Below are positions 1 through 8,426 of a DNA stretch of 64,000 bases, piece by piece; the stretch's first letter is position 1; every line of letters begins with the position of its first letter. The notes beneath the pieces were generated by a model, which saw only the letters and a program-made list of their open reading frames with translations, was not told where the DNA came from and searched no databases. Location of the stretch: NCBI RefSeq assembly GCF_054482595.1, contig NZ_CM137008.1. One strand, given 5' to 3'. The position numbers were made by a program, and so were the translations under genes.

Positions 1-778
1 GCATATGGCGCAAACTCTCTGCCAGTTGCCCCATCTCATTAGAGCCATCCACCTCAATCGGTTTCACCAGATCGCCGCCTGCAATATGACGGATGCTGTC
101 AATCAGGCGATTCATTGGCGCTACCAGCGAGGCTTTAATACCGAACCAGACGGCGAAGATGACCGCCAGTACGACGATCATCACGCCCACCAGAATCCAC
201 ATCGCCTGGCTGTAGGAGGCATTGTTATCGCTGACGGCGATATCATAGAGCCGATCGTTTTGCTCCATGTAAGCCACATACTGCTTCTCGAAACCGTCTT
301 GATATCCCTGGGTCGGCTGATCAAAGAACTCGTTGATTTTGCCTGCACCTAACAGTTGGATCAGCTCCGCCAGCGCATTGTGATAAATATCGTAATTACG
401 TTTGATCTCTGCCGCTGCGGCGGTGCTCTGACGCGGGTCACGCGGCAACGCTTCGTAATCCGCCCAGTTTTTTTCCGCCTGTTTCAGCGAAATACTGGCA
501 CTCTGCATCAGCTCAGCAACGGTTGAACCGCTACCAATATTATTCTGATCCATCATGTAGCGGATACCCGCGCGGTTGAGGGTGTTACGCGTCTGCAACA
601 ACGCGACCCAGCTGCCATTCAGCGTGGATTGCTGCTGGCGAATGGTTTGTAAAACAGTGAAATTTTCTTTGTCATTCTTTAAGGCATTAAAGAACAGACC
701 GCCTGATGTCAGTTGTAAAAGGCCAAAAACGGCCAAAACCAGCAGTAAGCTGGTCACGATCTTGATACGTTTTAACAT
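1..778 (-). CDS. tsr: Serine chemoreceptor Tsr (methyl-accepting chemotaxis protein I), N-terminal ~259 codons; 3' part lies beyond the window start
   Basis: Minus-strand frame is open from the ATG (complement of 776-778) to the window edge. Translation [27 protein letters not shown] ... [19 protein letters not shown] matches the Tsr sensor/TM/HAMP region. Not in the supplied ORF track because no stop falls inside the window. Confidence 0.85.
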   Translation of the reverse strand, partial: MLKRIKIVTSLLLVLAVFGLLQLTSGGLFFNALKNDKENFTVLQTIRQQQSTLNGSWVALLQTRNTLNRAGIRYMMDQNNIGSGSTVAELMQSASISLKQAEKNWADYEALPRDPRQSTAAAAEIKRNYDIYHNALAELIQLLGAGKINEFFDQPTQGYQDGFEKQYVAYMEQNDRLYDIAVSDNNASYSQAMWILVGVMIVVLAVIFAVWFGIKASLVAPMNRLIDSIRHIAGGDLVKPIEVDGSNEMGQLAESLRHM

Positions 779-1005
779 GGTTTCTCTTTCCTGTGGACCG
801 ATGCAAGATTTTCGGCCTGAAATGAGAAAACTTTATAGGTAGCGACTTGAAACTGGTTAATTTTACCTCACTTTTTTAATTTTTGTTCAAAAATACAATA
901 ACCACTTATTGATACATTTTCTTTTCTTATTTTTTTCACACGAATTGTATCTATTTTGAACGAAATATTTTATAGAGTGTGGAATTTTAAGAAAGGACAT
1001 CTGAA

Positions 1006-1395
1006 ATGTTAAACCGTGACTTCGATCATCTCTCAACGCTATTACATCTCTTTTTTGAACGTGAGGATATTTGCCAAAAGCTTAATATTATTGACCAAAA
1101 CAATATCACCGGTTGGGAAGTGTGGTTCCAGGTAGAGTTTGCTAATATGCTCTGCTCAACAGACCATGAATGGTGGCGTGAACAAGCACTTTCCTGTGAT
1201 ATGCGCAAAAAACCTGAGCGCCCGACACTACGCACAGATTTCTTACTACGTAAAAAAGGCTGGGCACAAGATAGCTATATCACGCTTGAAATAAAACAAA
1301 ACAGAGACGCGACCAGTTGTGTTAAAAATATGATCGCAGACTTAGAAAAAAGCGCAAAAATAAAACGTTCCGAACTCGATTTACGCAGTTTCTGA
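1006..1395 (+). CDS. Hypothetical protein (129 aa), AT-rich orphan ORF between tsr and btsT
   Basis: ORF-track ORF with a purine-rich SD-like element (aaagga) about 9 nt upstream of the ATG. Composition is AT-rich unlike the flanking core genes. No family recognised. Confidence 0.3.
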   Translation: MLNRDFDHLSTLLHLFFEREDICQKLNIIDQNNITGWEVWFQVEFANMLCSTDHEWWREQALSCDMRKKPERPTLRTDFLLRKKGWAQDSYITLEIKQNRDATSCVKNMIADLEKSAKIKRSELDLRSF

Positions 1396-1656
1396 ACCTT
1401 GGGTATCACCCCTATGATAGACAGGGAAAGGCTGGACTCTCTCATCGATTGCTATTTAGATGAGAAATTTTATCTTACTAAATCTCGTAAAAAACACGTT
1501 TTACTTAAAGAAATAAATAACACACCATATTGCTATATTGTTATTTAATATTTATAGCATGAATATAATTTTTAAATGAGTTACACAACCGAGGGCTAAA
1601 AATCGCTTCGGTTGTGATCATCATCACATAAATAACCTTCATAAACCTTGCTCAAA

Positions 1657-1705
1657 ACCGCTCAACCGCAAAACTGACCGCTTACGTCCCTAAAATAACC
1701 ACTCA
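1657..1705 (+). promoter_or_regulatory. Three direct repeats of ACC(G/A)CT(C/T)A (ACCGCTCA 1657-1664, ACCGCTTA 1677-1684, ACCACTCA 1698-1705), putative BtsR/YehT binding site in the btsT promoter
   Basis: Repeats read directly, with 12-nt and 13-nt spacers, about 140-180 bp upstream of btsT. The motif matches the published YehT direct-repeat consensus as I recall it. Confidence 0.55.
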
Positions 1706-1840
1706 GTTATTTACCTTACTTTACGCGCGCGTAACTCTGGCAGCATCACTGCAGGATAGCGGTCAATTTACCTCCTCAAACGCAACGCAAACCTAGAACG
1801 GCTTCGGCCAACTATTAATCAATACATGCCAGGTTTTACT

Positions 1841-3991
1841 ATGGATACGAAAAAACTATTCAAGCACATACCCTGGGTGATTCTCGGAATCATCGGTGCA
1901 TTCTGCCTCGCGGTAGTTGCATTACGTCGGGGGGAGCACGTCAGTGCCCTGTGGATCGTGGTCGCCTCTGTGTCGGTGTATCTGGTGGCGTATCGCTACT
2001 ACAGTCTGTACATCGCCCAGAAGGTGATGAAACTCGACCCTACGCGCGCGACGCCTGCGGTTATTAACAACGACGGTCTGAACTACGTTCCGACCAACCG
2101 TTACGTGTTGTTTGGTCACCACTTCGCCGCTATCGCCGGTGCCGGTCCGCTGGTCGGTCCGGTTCTCGCCGCACAGATGGGCTACCTGCCTGGCACGCTG
2201 TGGCTGCTGGCGGGGGTAGTACTGGCCGGTGCGGTTCAGGACTTTATGGTGCTGTTTATCTCCTCTCGCCGTAACGGCGCATCTCTCGGTGAGATGATCA
2301 AAGAAGAGATGGGACCAGTACCGGGGACTATCGCGCTGTTTGGCTGTTTCTTAATCATGATCATCATCCTCGCCGTTCTGGCGCTGATTGTGGTTAAAGC
2401 CCTGGCCGAAAGTCCGTGGGGTGTCTTCACCGTTTGCTCAACCGTACCGATTGCGCTGTTTATGGGTATCTACATGCGCTTTATCCGTCCGGGGCGTGTG
2501 GGTGAAGTCTCTGTTATTGGTATCGTGCTGCTGGTTGCCTCTATCTACTTCGGTGGCGTGATTGCTCACGATCCGTACTGGGGTCCGGCACTGACCTTTA
2601 AAGACACCACCATTACCTTCGCGCTGATTGGCTATGCGTTTGTTTCCGCACTGCTGCCGGTGTGGCTGATCCTCGCACCGCGCGACTATCTGGCAACCTT
2701 CCTGAAAATCGGCGTTATCGTCGGCCTGGCGCTGGGTATCGTGGTGCTGAACCCGGAACTGAAAATGCCAGCGATGACCCAGTACATTGACGGTACTGGC
2801 CCGCTGTGGAAAGGCGCTCTGTTCCCGTTCCTGTTCATCACCATCGCCTGTGGTGCGGTATCTGGCTTCCACGCGCTGATCTCTTCCGGTACGACGCCGA
2901 AACTGCTGGCTAACGAAACCGACGCGCGTTTCATTGGCTACGGCGCAATGCTGATGGAGTCCTTCGTGGCGATTATGGCGCTGGTTGCTGCGTCCATCAT
3001 CGAACCGGGTCTTTACTTCGCGATGAACACCCCACCTGCTGGCCTTGGCATCACCATGCCTAACCTGCATGAAATGGGTGGCGAGAATGCGCCGATCATC
3101 ATGGCGCAGCTGAAAGACGTTACCGCACACGCGGCGGCGACCGTCAGCTCCTGGGGCTTCGTGATTTCGCCAGAGCAGATCCTGCAAACCGCGAAAGACA
3201 TTGGAGAGCCTTCTGTCCTGAACCGTGCAGGTGGTGCGCCGACGCTGGCGGTAGGTATCGCTCATGTGTTCCACAAAGTGCTGCCGATGGCTGACATGGG
3301 CTTCTGGTATCACTTCGGTATTCTGTTCGAAGCCCTGTTCATCCTGACCGCGCTGGATGCTGGTACCCGTTCTGGCCGCTTTATGCTGCAAGACCTGCTG
3401 GGTAACTTCATCCCGTTCCTGAAAAAAACCGACTCTCTGGTTGCCGGTATCATCGGTACTGCGGGCTGTGTGGGTCTGTGGGGCTACCTGCTGTATCAGG
3501 GCGTGGTCGATCCGCTGGGCGGCGTTAAGAGCTTGTGGCCGCTGTTCGGTATCTCCAACCAGATGCTGGCAGCCGTGGCGCTGGTACTGGGCACCGTTGT
3601 GCTGATTAAGATGAAGCGCACCCAATACATCTGGGTAACTGTTGTTCCGGCCGTATGGCTGCTTATCTGCACCACCTGGGCGCTGGGCCTGAAACTGTTC
3701 AGCACCAACCCGCAGATGGAAGGCTTCTTCTACATGGCAAGCCAGTACAAAGAGAAGATTGCTAACGGTACTGACCTGACGGCGCAGCAGATTGCCAACA
3801 TGAACCACATCGTTGTGAACAACTACACCAACGCGGGCCTGAGTATTCTGTTCCTGATTGTGGTGTACAGCATCATCTTCTACGGTTTCAAAACCTGGCT
3901 TGCGGTGCGTAACAGCGACAAACGTACTGACAAAGAAACACCGTACGTTCCAATCCCGGAAGGCGGCGTGAAGATCTCTTCGCACCACTAA
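1841..3991 (+). CDS. btsT: Pyruvate/H+ symporter BtsT (CstA family; formerly YjiY), 716 aa
   Basis: ORF-track ORF 1826-3991 gives a CstA-family polytopic membrane protein. The start is taken at the ATG at 1841 (MDTKKLFKHIPWVILG...), which matches K-12 length; the ATG at 1826 lacks an SD. Confidence 0.9.
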   Translation: MDTKKLFKHIPWVILGIIGAFCLAVVALRRGEHVSALWIVVASVSVYLVAYRYYSLYIAQKVMKLDPTRATPAVINNDGLNYVPTNRYVLFGHHFAAIAGAGPLVGPVLAAQMGYLPGTLWLLAGVVLAGAVQDFMVLFISSRRNGASLGEMIKEEMGPVPGTIALFGCFLIMIIILAVLALIVVKALAESPWGVFTVCSTVPIALFMGIYMRFIRPGRVGEVSVIGIVLLVASIYFGGVIAHDPYWGPALTFKDTTITFALIGYAFVSALLPVWLILAPRDYLATFLKIGVIVGLALGIVVLNPELKMPAMTQYIDGTGPLWKGALFPFLFITIACGAVSGFHALISSGTTPKLLANETDARFIGYGAMLMESFVAIMALVAASIIEPGLYFAMNTPPAGLGITMPNLHEMGGENAPIIMAQLKDVTAHAAATVSSWGFVISPEQILQTAKDIGEPSVLNRAGGAPTLAVGIAHVFHKVLPMADMGFWYHFGILFEALFILTALDAGTRSGRFMLQDLLGNFIPFLKKTDSLVAGIIGTAGCVGLWGYLLYQGVVDPLGGVKSLWPLFGISNQMLAAVALVLGTVVLIKMKRTQYIWVTVVPAVWLLICTTWALGLKLFSTNPQMEGFFYMASQYKEKIANGTDLTAQQIANMNHIVVNNYTNAGLSILFLIVVYSIIFYGFKTWLAVRNSDKRTDKETPYVPIPEGGVKISSHH

Positions 3992-4000
3992 CCGTGTTTA

Positions 4001-4027
4001 GCCCCGCTTCGGCGGGGCTTTGTTCTT
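4001..4027 (+). terminator. GC-rich hairpin (gccccgc-ttcg-gcggggc) followed by a T-run, between btsT and yjiX
   Basis: Perfect 7-bp stem with a 4-nt loop followed by tttgttctt, read directly. Confidence 0.6.
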
Positions 4028-4040
4028 ATCAGAGTGAACT

Positions 4041-4244
4041 ATGTTTGGTAACTTAGGACAGGCAAAAAAATATCTCGGCCAGGCGGCGAAGATGTTGATT
4101 GGCATTCCAGACTACGACAACTACGTCGAGCATATGAAGACCAACCATCCCGACAAGCCGTACATGAGCTATGAAGAATTCTTCCGCGAACGCCAGAACG
4201 CGCGCTACGGCGGCGATGGTAAAGGCGGTATGCGCTGTTGTTAA
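4041..4244 (+). CDS. yjiX: YbdD/YjiX-family small protein (DUF466), 67 aa
   Basis: ORF-track ORF immediately downstream of btsT, the conserved CstA-family partner arrangement. Confidence 0.85.
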
Positions 4245-4254
4245 TGGAGAGAGC

Positions 4255-5211
4255 ATGAACCCGATTGCAGTTACCCTACTCACCGGTTTTTTAGGCGCGG
4301 GCAAAACCACCCTGCTGCGCCATATTCTTAATGAACAACACGGCTACAAGATTGCCGTGATTGAAAACGAATTCGGCGAAGTCTCCGTTGATGATCAACT
4401 GATTGGCGACCGCGCCACGCAGATCAAAACGCTGACCAACGGCTGCATCTGCTGTTCGCGCTCCAACGAGCTGGAAGACGCACTACTCGACCTGCTGGAT
4501 AATCTCGACAAGGGCAATATTCAGTTCGACCGTCTGGTCATTGAATGCACCGGCATGGCCGATCCCGGCCCGATTATTCAGACCTTTTTCTCCCATGAGA
4601 TTTTATGCCAGCGTTACCTGCTGGACGGCGTGATTGCGCTGGTGGATGCGGTACATGCCGATGAGCAGATGAACCAGTTCACCATCGCCCAGTCCCAGGT
4701 TGGCTACGCCGACCGTATTCTGCTGACTAAAACCGACGTCGCAGGCGAAGCAGAAAAACTGCGCGAACGCCTGGCGCGCATCAACGCCCGTGCACCGGTC
4801 TACACCGTTACCCACGGCGACATCGACCTGGGCCTGCTGTTCAACACCAACGGTTTTATGCTGGAAGAAAACGTCGTCAGCACCAAACCGCGTTTCCACT
4901 TTATCGCGGATAAACAAAACGATATTTCGTCGATTGTGGTAGAACTGGATTACCCGGTAGATATCAGCGAAGTTTCCCGGGTGATGGAAAACCTGCTGCT
5001 GGAATCGGCGGATAAACTACTGCGTTACAAAGGGATGCTATGGATTGACGGCGAACCTAACCGCCTGCTGTTCCAGGGCGTCCAGCGCCTCTACAGCGCC
5101 GACTGGGACCGCCCGTGGGGCGATGAAAAACCGCATAGCACGATGGTGTTTATCGGGATTCAGCTGCCGGAGGAAGAGATTCGGGCGGCGTTTGCGGGGT
5201 TGAGGAAGTAA
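4255..5211 (+). CDS. yjiA: CobW/COG0523-family P-loop GTPase YjiA, 318 aa
   Basis: ORF 4171-5211 contains a GxxGxGKT P-loop (LLTGFLGAGKTTLL) and a CxCC motif (GCICCS). Start is taken at the ATG at 4255, which is preceded by GGAG and sits just after the yjiX stop. Confidence 0.9.
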   Translation: MNPIAVTLLTGFLGAGKTTLLRHILNEQHGYKIAVIENEFGEVSVDDQLIGDRATQIKTLTNGCICCSRSNELEDALLDLLDNLDKGNIQFDRLVIECTGMADPGPIIQTFFSHEILCQRYLLDGVIALVDAVHADEQMNQFTIAQSQVGYADRILLTKTDVAGEAEKLRERLARINARAPVYTVTHGDIDLGLLFNTNGFMLEENVVSTKPRFHFIADKQNDISSIVVELDYPVDISEVSRVMENLLLESADKLLRYKGMLWIDGEPNRLLFQGVQRLYSADWDRPWGDEKPHSTMVFIGIQLPEEEIRAAFAGLRK

Positions 5212-5534
5212 TCACCTTAACCTACTCATACGAAGCGGACGAGGATAAAATCCTTTCATTTTCCGTTCGCTTCATTATTTTATTTTCTTTCCAATGCCCA
5301 TTCAAATTAAAAATATAATTCTGCCATAATTTCCTGAACACAGATGTAATTACATTGCCACCTCTCATACTTCCATATGACTAGTCGTCCTATTGGGGCG
5401 TGATAGATGTATTAATTTCCAAATATGCAAACATTCTGATACAGTCCCAAAAAGAAAATTATTACCAACCCAGACAATCAGCAAATAAATTAATAACAAT
5501 TGAATTATAATCAACACGAATACAAGAGATTAAC

Positions 5535-7385
5535 ATGGCAACAATAATCCCAACAATCAGTAGCTGCAACGATAAAATTACTGCCGGAGAGAAAAGGCTG
5601 GCAAGAATTCTGGAAAGAGGACTAGGCGAAGAGTGCTGCTGTTGGTATGACATTCCCACGGGTGATAAGCATCTTCACCCAGATTTTATGATACTTTCGC
5701 CAGAAAAAGGCATTATTTTTCTCGAGGTAAAAGATTGGTTTATTACAAAAATAAAAAAAGCCAACAAGTCTAATGTTTTGTATGAGACACAAAATGGCAT
5801 TCAATCTTTAAAGAATCCGATAGAACAAGTTAGGCGATATGCTTTCGAAGCTGTAAACCAGTTAAAAAAAGACCCCCTATTGTGCCAACAGGAAGATCGT
5901 TACAATGGCAATCTTCTTTTCCCCTATGGATATGGCGTCTACTTTAGTAATATTACACGAGAAGCATTAAATAATAAATTTACTCAAGAAGAGCTGCTCG
6001 GGATCTTCCCATCAGATCTTATCATCTGCAAAGACGAACTAAATGAATTCATGTCAAAAGGGGATGTTTCATCCAAAATACATTCGTTGATTAAATATGA
6101 CTTCAAATGTCATGCTACACAAGAACAGTTGAACAGGATTAGATGGCACTTATACCCCGATGTCAGAATAGAAAGGGAAAAGAGAAGTAAAAACTGTGAT
6201 GAATTTAGTGTCGATGCACCAACCATCATTTCTATCCTGGATACTCAACAGGAACAACTTGCCAGAAGTATGAGAGACGGCCACCGAATAATTCATGGTG
6301 TTGCAGGTTCAGGTAAGACATTGATCCTCTATCATCGCTGTCAGGAATTAGCGAAAAAAAATGACAGCGAAAAGCCAATACTTGTCATTTGCTACAATAT
6401 TACTTTAGCCAAAAAACTTCGGTCGATGTTCATCAATCATCCCTTTGAAGAGAAAATAAAGGTTAATAATTTTCATGCTTGGTGTTTCCAACAAATTAAA
6501 AAAAACAAGATCACCATTCCAGAAGGGGATAATATTTTTGAAAATATGGAGCAAGCGTTGACTGATGGTTTCAACACAGGAAAAATAAAACCAGAACAAT
6601 ACAGCGCTGTATTAATTGATGAAGGACATGATTTTAAGCCCGAATGGTTAAAAATCCTGGCAAAAATGACTGACTCTCAGGACGAGAATTTGCTATTTCT
6701 TTATGATGATGCTCAGTCAATTTATCAAAAAAAGAAAGCATTAGACTTTACACTGTCCAGCGTGGATATTAAAGCGACAGGACGCACAACTATTCTTAAT
6801 ATAAATTATAGAAACACACAACAAATTCTACACTTTGCCAGTTGCATTGCATTTAATTATCTTAATAGCCATATCGATAGTTCTTTAACCTATCATAAAC
6901 CTGCTGCGGGAGGAATGAATGGCGATTATCCCAAGCTTGAACATTTCGACACACAGGACGAAGAAATAGCAAGAGCAGTCAAATGGATTACAGAGCAAAA
7001 TGAACAAGGGATTCCGTGGTCTGAAATTGCTATACTTAGTCCTTCAACTCACATCCTTTCTAACTCTCTAAGTTCTGTACTTGAATCGAAAAATATCCCC
7101 TTTAATCTTATTGTAAGCTCTGCAGATAAAAAGTCCTGGACGCCAGAACAAGAGCGTATTTCTGTTATGCCATTACCCAGCAGCAAAGGACTTGAGTTTC
7201 ACTCAGTTGTCATTATTGATGCAGCGAGAACACGGGATAATAGTGATGATTTGAGTGAGGATATAAAGAGACTCTATGTAGGTTTTACCCGAGCACGTTG
7301 CAATCTCTTGGTAACCTTGCACGGTGAAGGTGCGTTAAATGAGCATCTACTAAGAACCTATAAGCAAAGCCCACAATATATGTAA
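5535..7385 (+). CDS. NERD-domain / SF1 (UvrD-like) helicase fusion protein, 616 aa; candidate single-gene nuclease-helicase defence protein
   Basis: N-terminal NERD-like motif (GEKRLARILERGL ... HPDFMILSPEKGIIFLEVKDW). Helicase motifs: Walker A HGVAGSGKT, motif II VLIDEGHDF, KGLEFHSVVI, and C-terminal LYVGFTRAR. The gene is strongly AT-rich. Confidence 0.7.
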   Translation: MATIIPTISSCNDKITAGEKRLARILERGLGEECCCWYDIPTGDKHLHPDFMILSPEKGIIFLEVKDWFITKIKKANKSNVLYETQNGIQSLKNPIEQVRRYAFEAVNQLKKDPLLCQQEDRYNGNLLFPYGYGVYFSNITREALNNKFTQEELLGIFPSDLIICKDELNEFMSKGDVSSKIHSLIKYDFKCHATQEQLNRIRWHLYPDVRIEREKRSKNCDEFSVDAPTIISILDTQQEQLARSMRDGHRIIHGVAGSGKTLILYHRCQELAKKNDSEKPILVICYNITLAKKLRSMFINHPFEEKIKVNNFHAWCFQQIKKNKITIPEGDNIFENMEQALTDGFNTGKIKPEQYSAVLIDEGHDFKPEWLKILAKMTDSQDENLLFLYDDAQSIYQKKKALDFTLSSVDIKATGRTTILNINYRNTQQILHFASCIAFNYLNSHIDSSLTYHKPAAGGMNGDYPKLEHFDTQDEEIARAVKWITEQNEQGIPWSEIAILSPSTHILSNSLSSVLESKNIPFNLIVSSADKKSWTPEQERISVMPLPSSKGLEFHSVVIIDAARTRDNSDDLSEDIKRLYVGFTRARCNLLVTLHGEGALNEHLLRTYKQSPQYM

Positions 7386-7403
7386 AAATGATAAATTATC
7401 TCC

Positions 7404-7437
7404 ATAACGCCCGGTAACGCTGTACCGGGCGTTATGA
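7404..7437 (+). terminator. Perfect 14-bp inverted repeat hairpin downstream of the NERD-helicase gene
   Basis: cataacgcccggta-acgctg-taccgggcgttatg read directly; no strong T-run follows. Confidence 0.4.
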
Positions 7438-7626
7438 ATGCATATCTAAGATATTAGTCACGCATGATAGCCGCCACCAAAAACACCATCATCTCCCTCG
7501 CCTCTTTGCGGTGATAAAAGCGTACCATTTTGCTGTTAAATTCCAGCGTTTTAGCCGCTGGAATTAACAAGATCAAACTTCCGGCAACGAAGATTCAGTT
7601 ATTACAAATAATTACTGGAAAAAGAG

Positions 7627-7824
7627 ATGAAAAGCGTGGTTGACAACACATCGAAATATCCTGACTGGAGTAAACGCGATGATATTAAAGCGAAACTGAA
7701 AGTTGAACTTATTCTGCTTCTACACAAGCATAAGTTCCCGCCAGTAGCGAATGATGATGTTTATATGGGTGTGCTGGCACAGGTAGAGAATTTTAAAGAA
7801 CATCATATGAGTGCTTTAAATTAA
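7627..7824 (+). pseudogene. 65-aa ORF, possible C-terminal remnant of a displaced restriction-system gene (hypothesis only)
   Basis: Short ORF upstream of symE in the position occupied by hsd genes in K-12. The motif KRDDIKAKLKVELILLLHKHKFPPV resembles my recollection of type I HsdR C-terminal tails. Unverified. Confidence 0.25.
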
Positions 7825-7943
7825 TCATGAAGGCTGGATACACTTTGTTATCCGGCCATTGTGAATTAATGTTAATTTTTCTTCCAAATCTTTCCAATAA
7901 CGCTTTTATTATTTTCTATTTTTAGCTGGACTTTCCCTGTATT

Positions 7944-7963
7944 TACTGATGATATATCCAGAT
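7944..7963 (+). promoter_or_regulatory. LexA (SOS) box-like CTG-N10-CAG element upstream of symE
   Basis: TACTGATGATATATCCAGAT read directly about 78 bp upstream of the symE ATG; symE is a known SOS-induced gene. Confidence 0.5.
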
Positions 7964-7984
7964 ATTTAGCGCGGTGCGGATGTG

Positions 7985-8065
7985 CGCCAACACACCCGCA
8001 CCGCTCATCACAATCACTATTTTCAAGGAATAGCAGTTATGACTGACACGCATTCTATTGCACAA
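7985..8065 (-). ncRNA. symR: Expected position of SymR antisense sRNA (type I antitoxin) overlapping the symE 5' end; approximate coordinates
   Basis: Placed from the known symE/SymR arrangement, not from detected promoter or terminator signals. A 9-bp inverted repeat GCGGTGCGG/CCGCACCGC lies at 7971-8004. Confidence 0.3.
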
Positions 8066-8380
8066 CCGTTCGAAGCAGAAGTCTCCCCGGCAAATAACCG
8101 TCAATTAACCGTGAGTTATGCGAGCCGCTACCCGGATTGCAGCCGTATTCCCGCCATCACCCTGAAAGGTCAGTGGCTGGAAGCCGCCGGTTTTGCCACC
8201 GGCACAGCGGTAGATGTCAAAGTGATGGAAGGCTGTATTGTCCTCACAGCCCAACCACCCGCCGCCGAAGAGAGCGAACTGATGCAGTCGCTGCGCCAGG
8301 TGTGCAAGCTGTCGGCGCGTAAACAAAAGCAGATACAGGAATTTATTGGGGTGATTGCGGGTAAACAAAAAGTTGCCTGA
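8039..8380 (+). CDS. symE: SOS-induced toxin SymE (type I toxin-antitoxin), 113 aa
   Basis: Internal ATG at 8039 of ORF 7982-8380 gives [33 protein letters not shown]..., matching SymE. Confidence 0.85.
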   Translation: MTDTHSIAQPFEAEVSPANNRQLTVSYASRYPDCSRIPAITLKGQWLEAAGFATGTAVDVKVMEGCIVLTAQPPAAEESELMQSLRQVCKLSARKQKQIQEFIGVIAGKQKVA

Positions 8381-8388
8381 TACATTGA

Positions 8389-8419
8389 CCCGGTAGCACC
8401 AGTGCTACCGGGTATTATT
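8389..8419 (+). terminator. Hairpin plus T-rich tail between convergent symE and the GmrSD-like gene
   Basis: cccggtagca-ccag-tgctaccggg followed by tattatt, read directly. Confidence 0.5.
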
Positions 8420-8426
8420 CGCCGCG

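Noticed and set aside
5-352. 115-aa plus-strand ORF at the window start
   Set aside because: Antisense to the clearly recognisable tsr coding frame on the minus strand.
2438-3988. 516-aa minus-strand ORF antisense to btsT
   Set aside because: Lies entirely inside the well-supported btsT gene. Its translation is R/Q/H-rich and low-complexity, as expected for the reverse frame of a GC-rich membrane-protein gene.
4171-5211. Extended 346-aa version of yjiA overlapping yjiX
   Set aside because: The downstream ATG at 4255 has a GGAG SD and avoids an 80-bp overlap with yjiX. The same logic applies to the ORF-track 5' extensions of btsT, kptA, uxuA, fimH, fimG, fimI, fimB, nanM, insC and yjiN.
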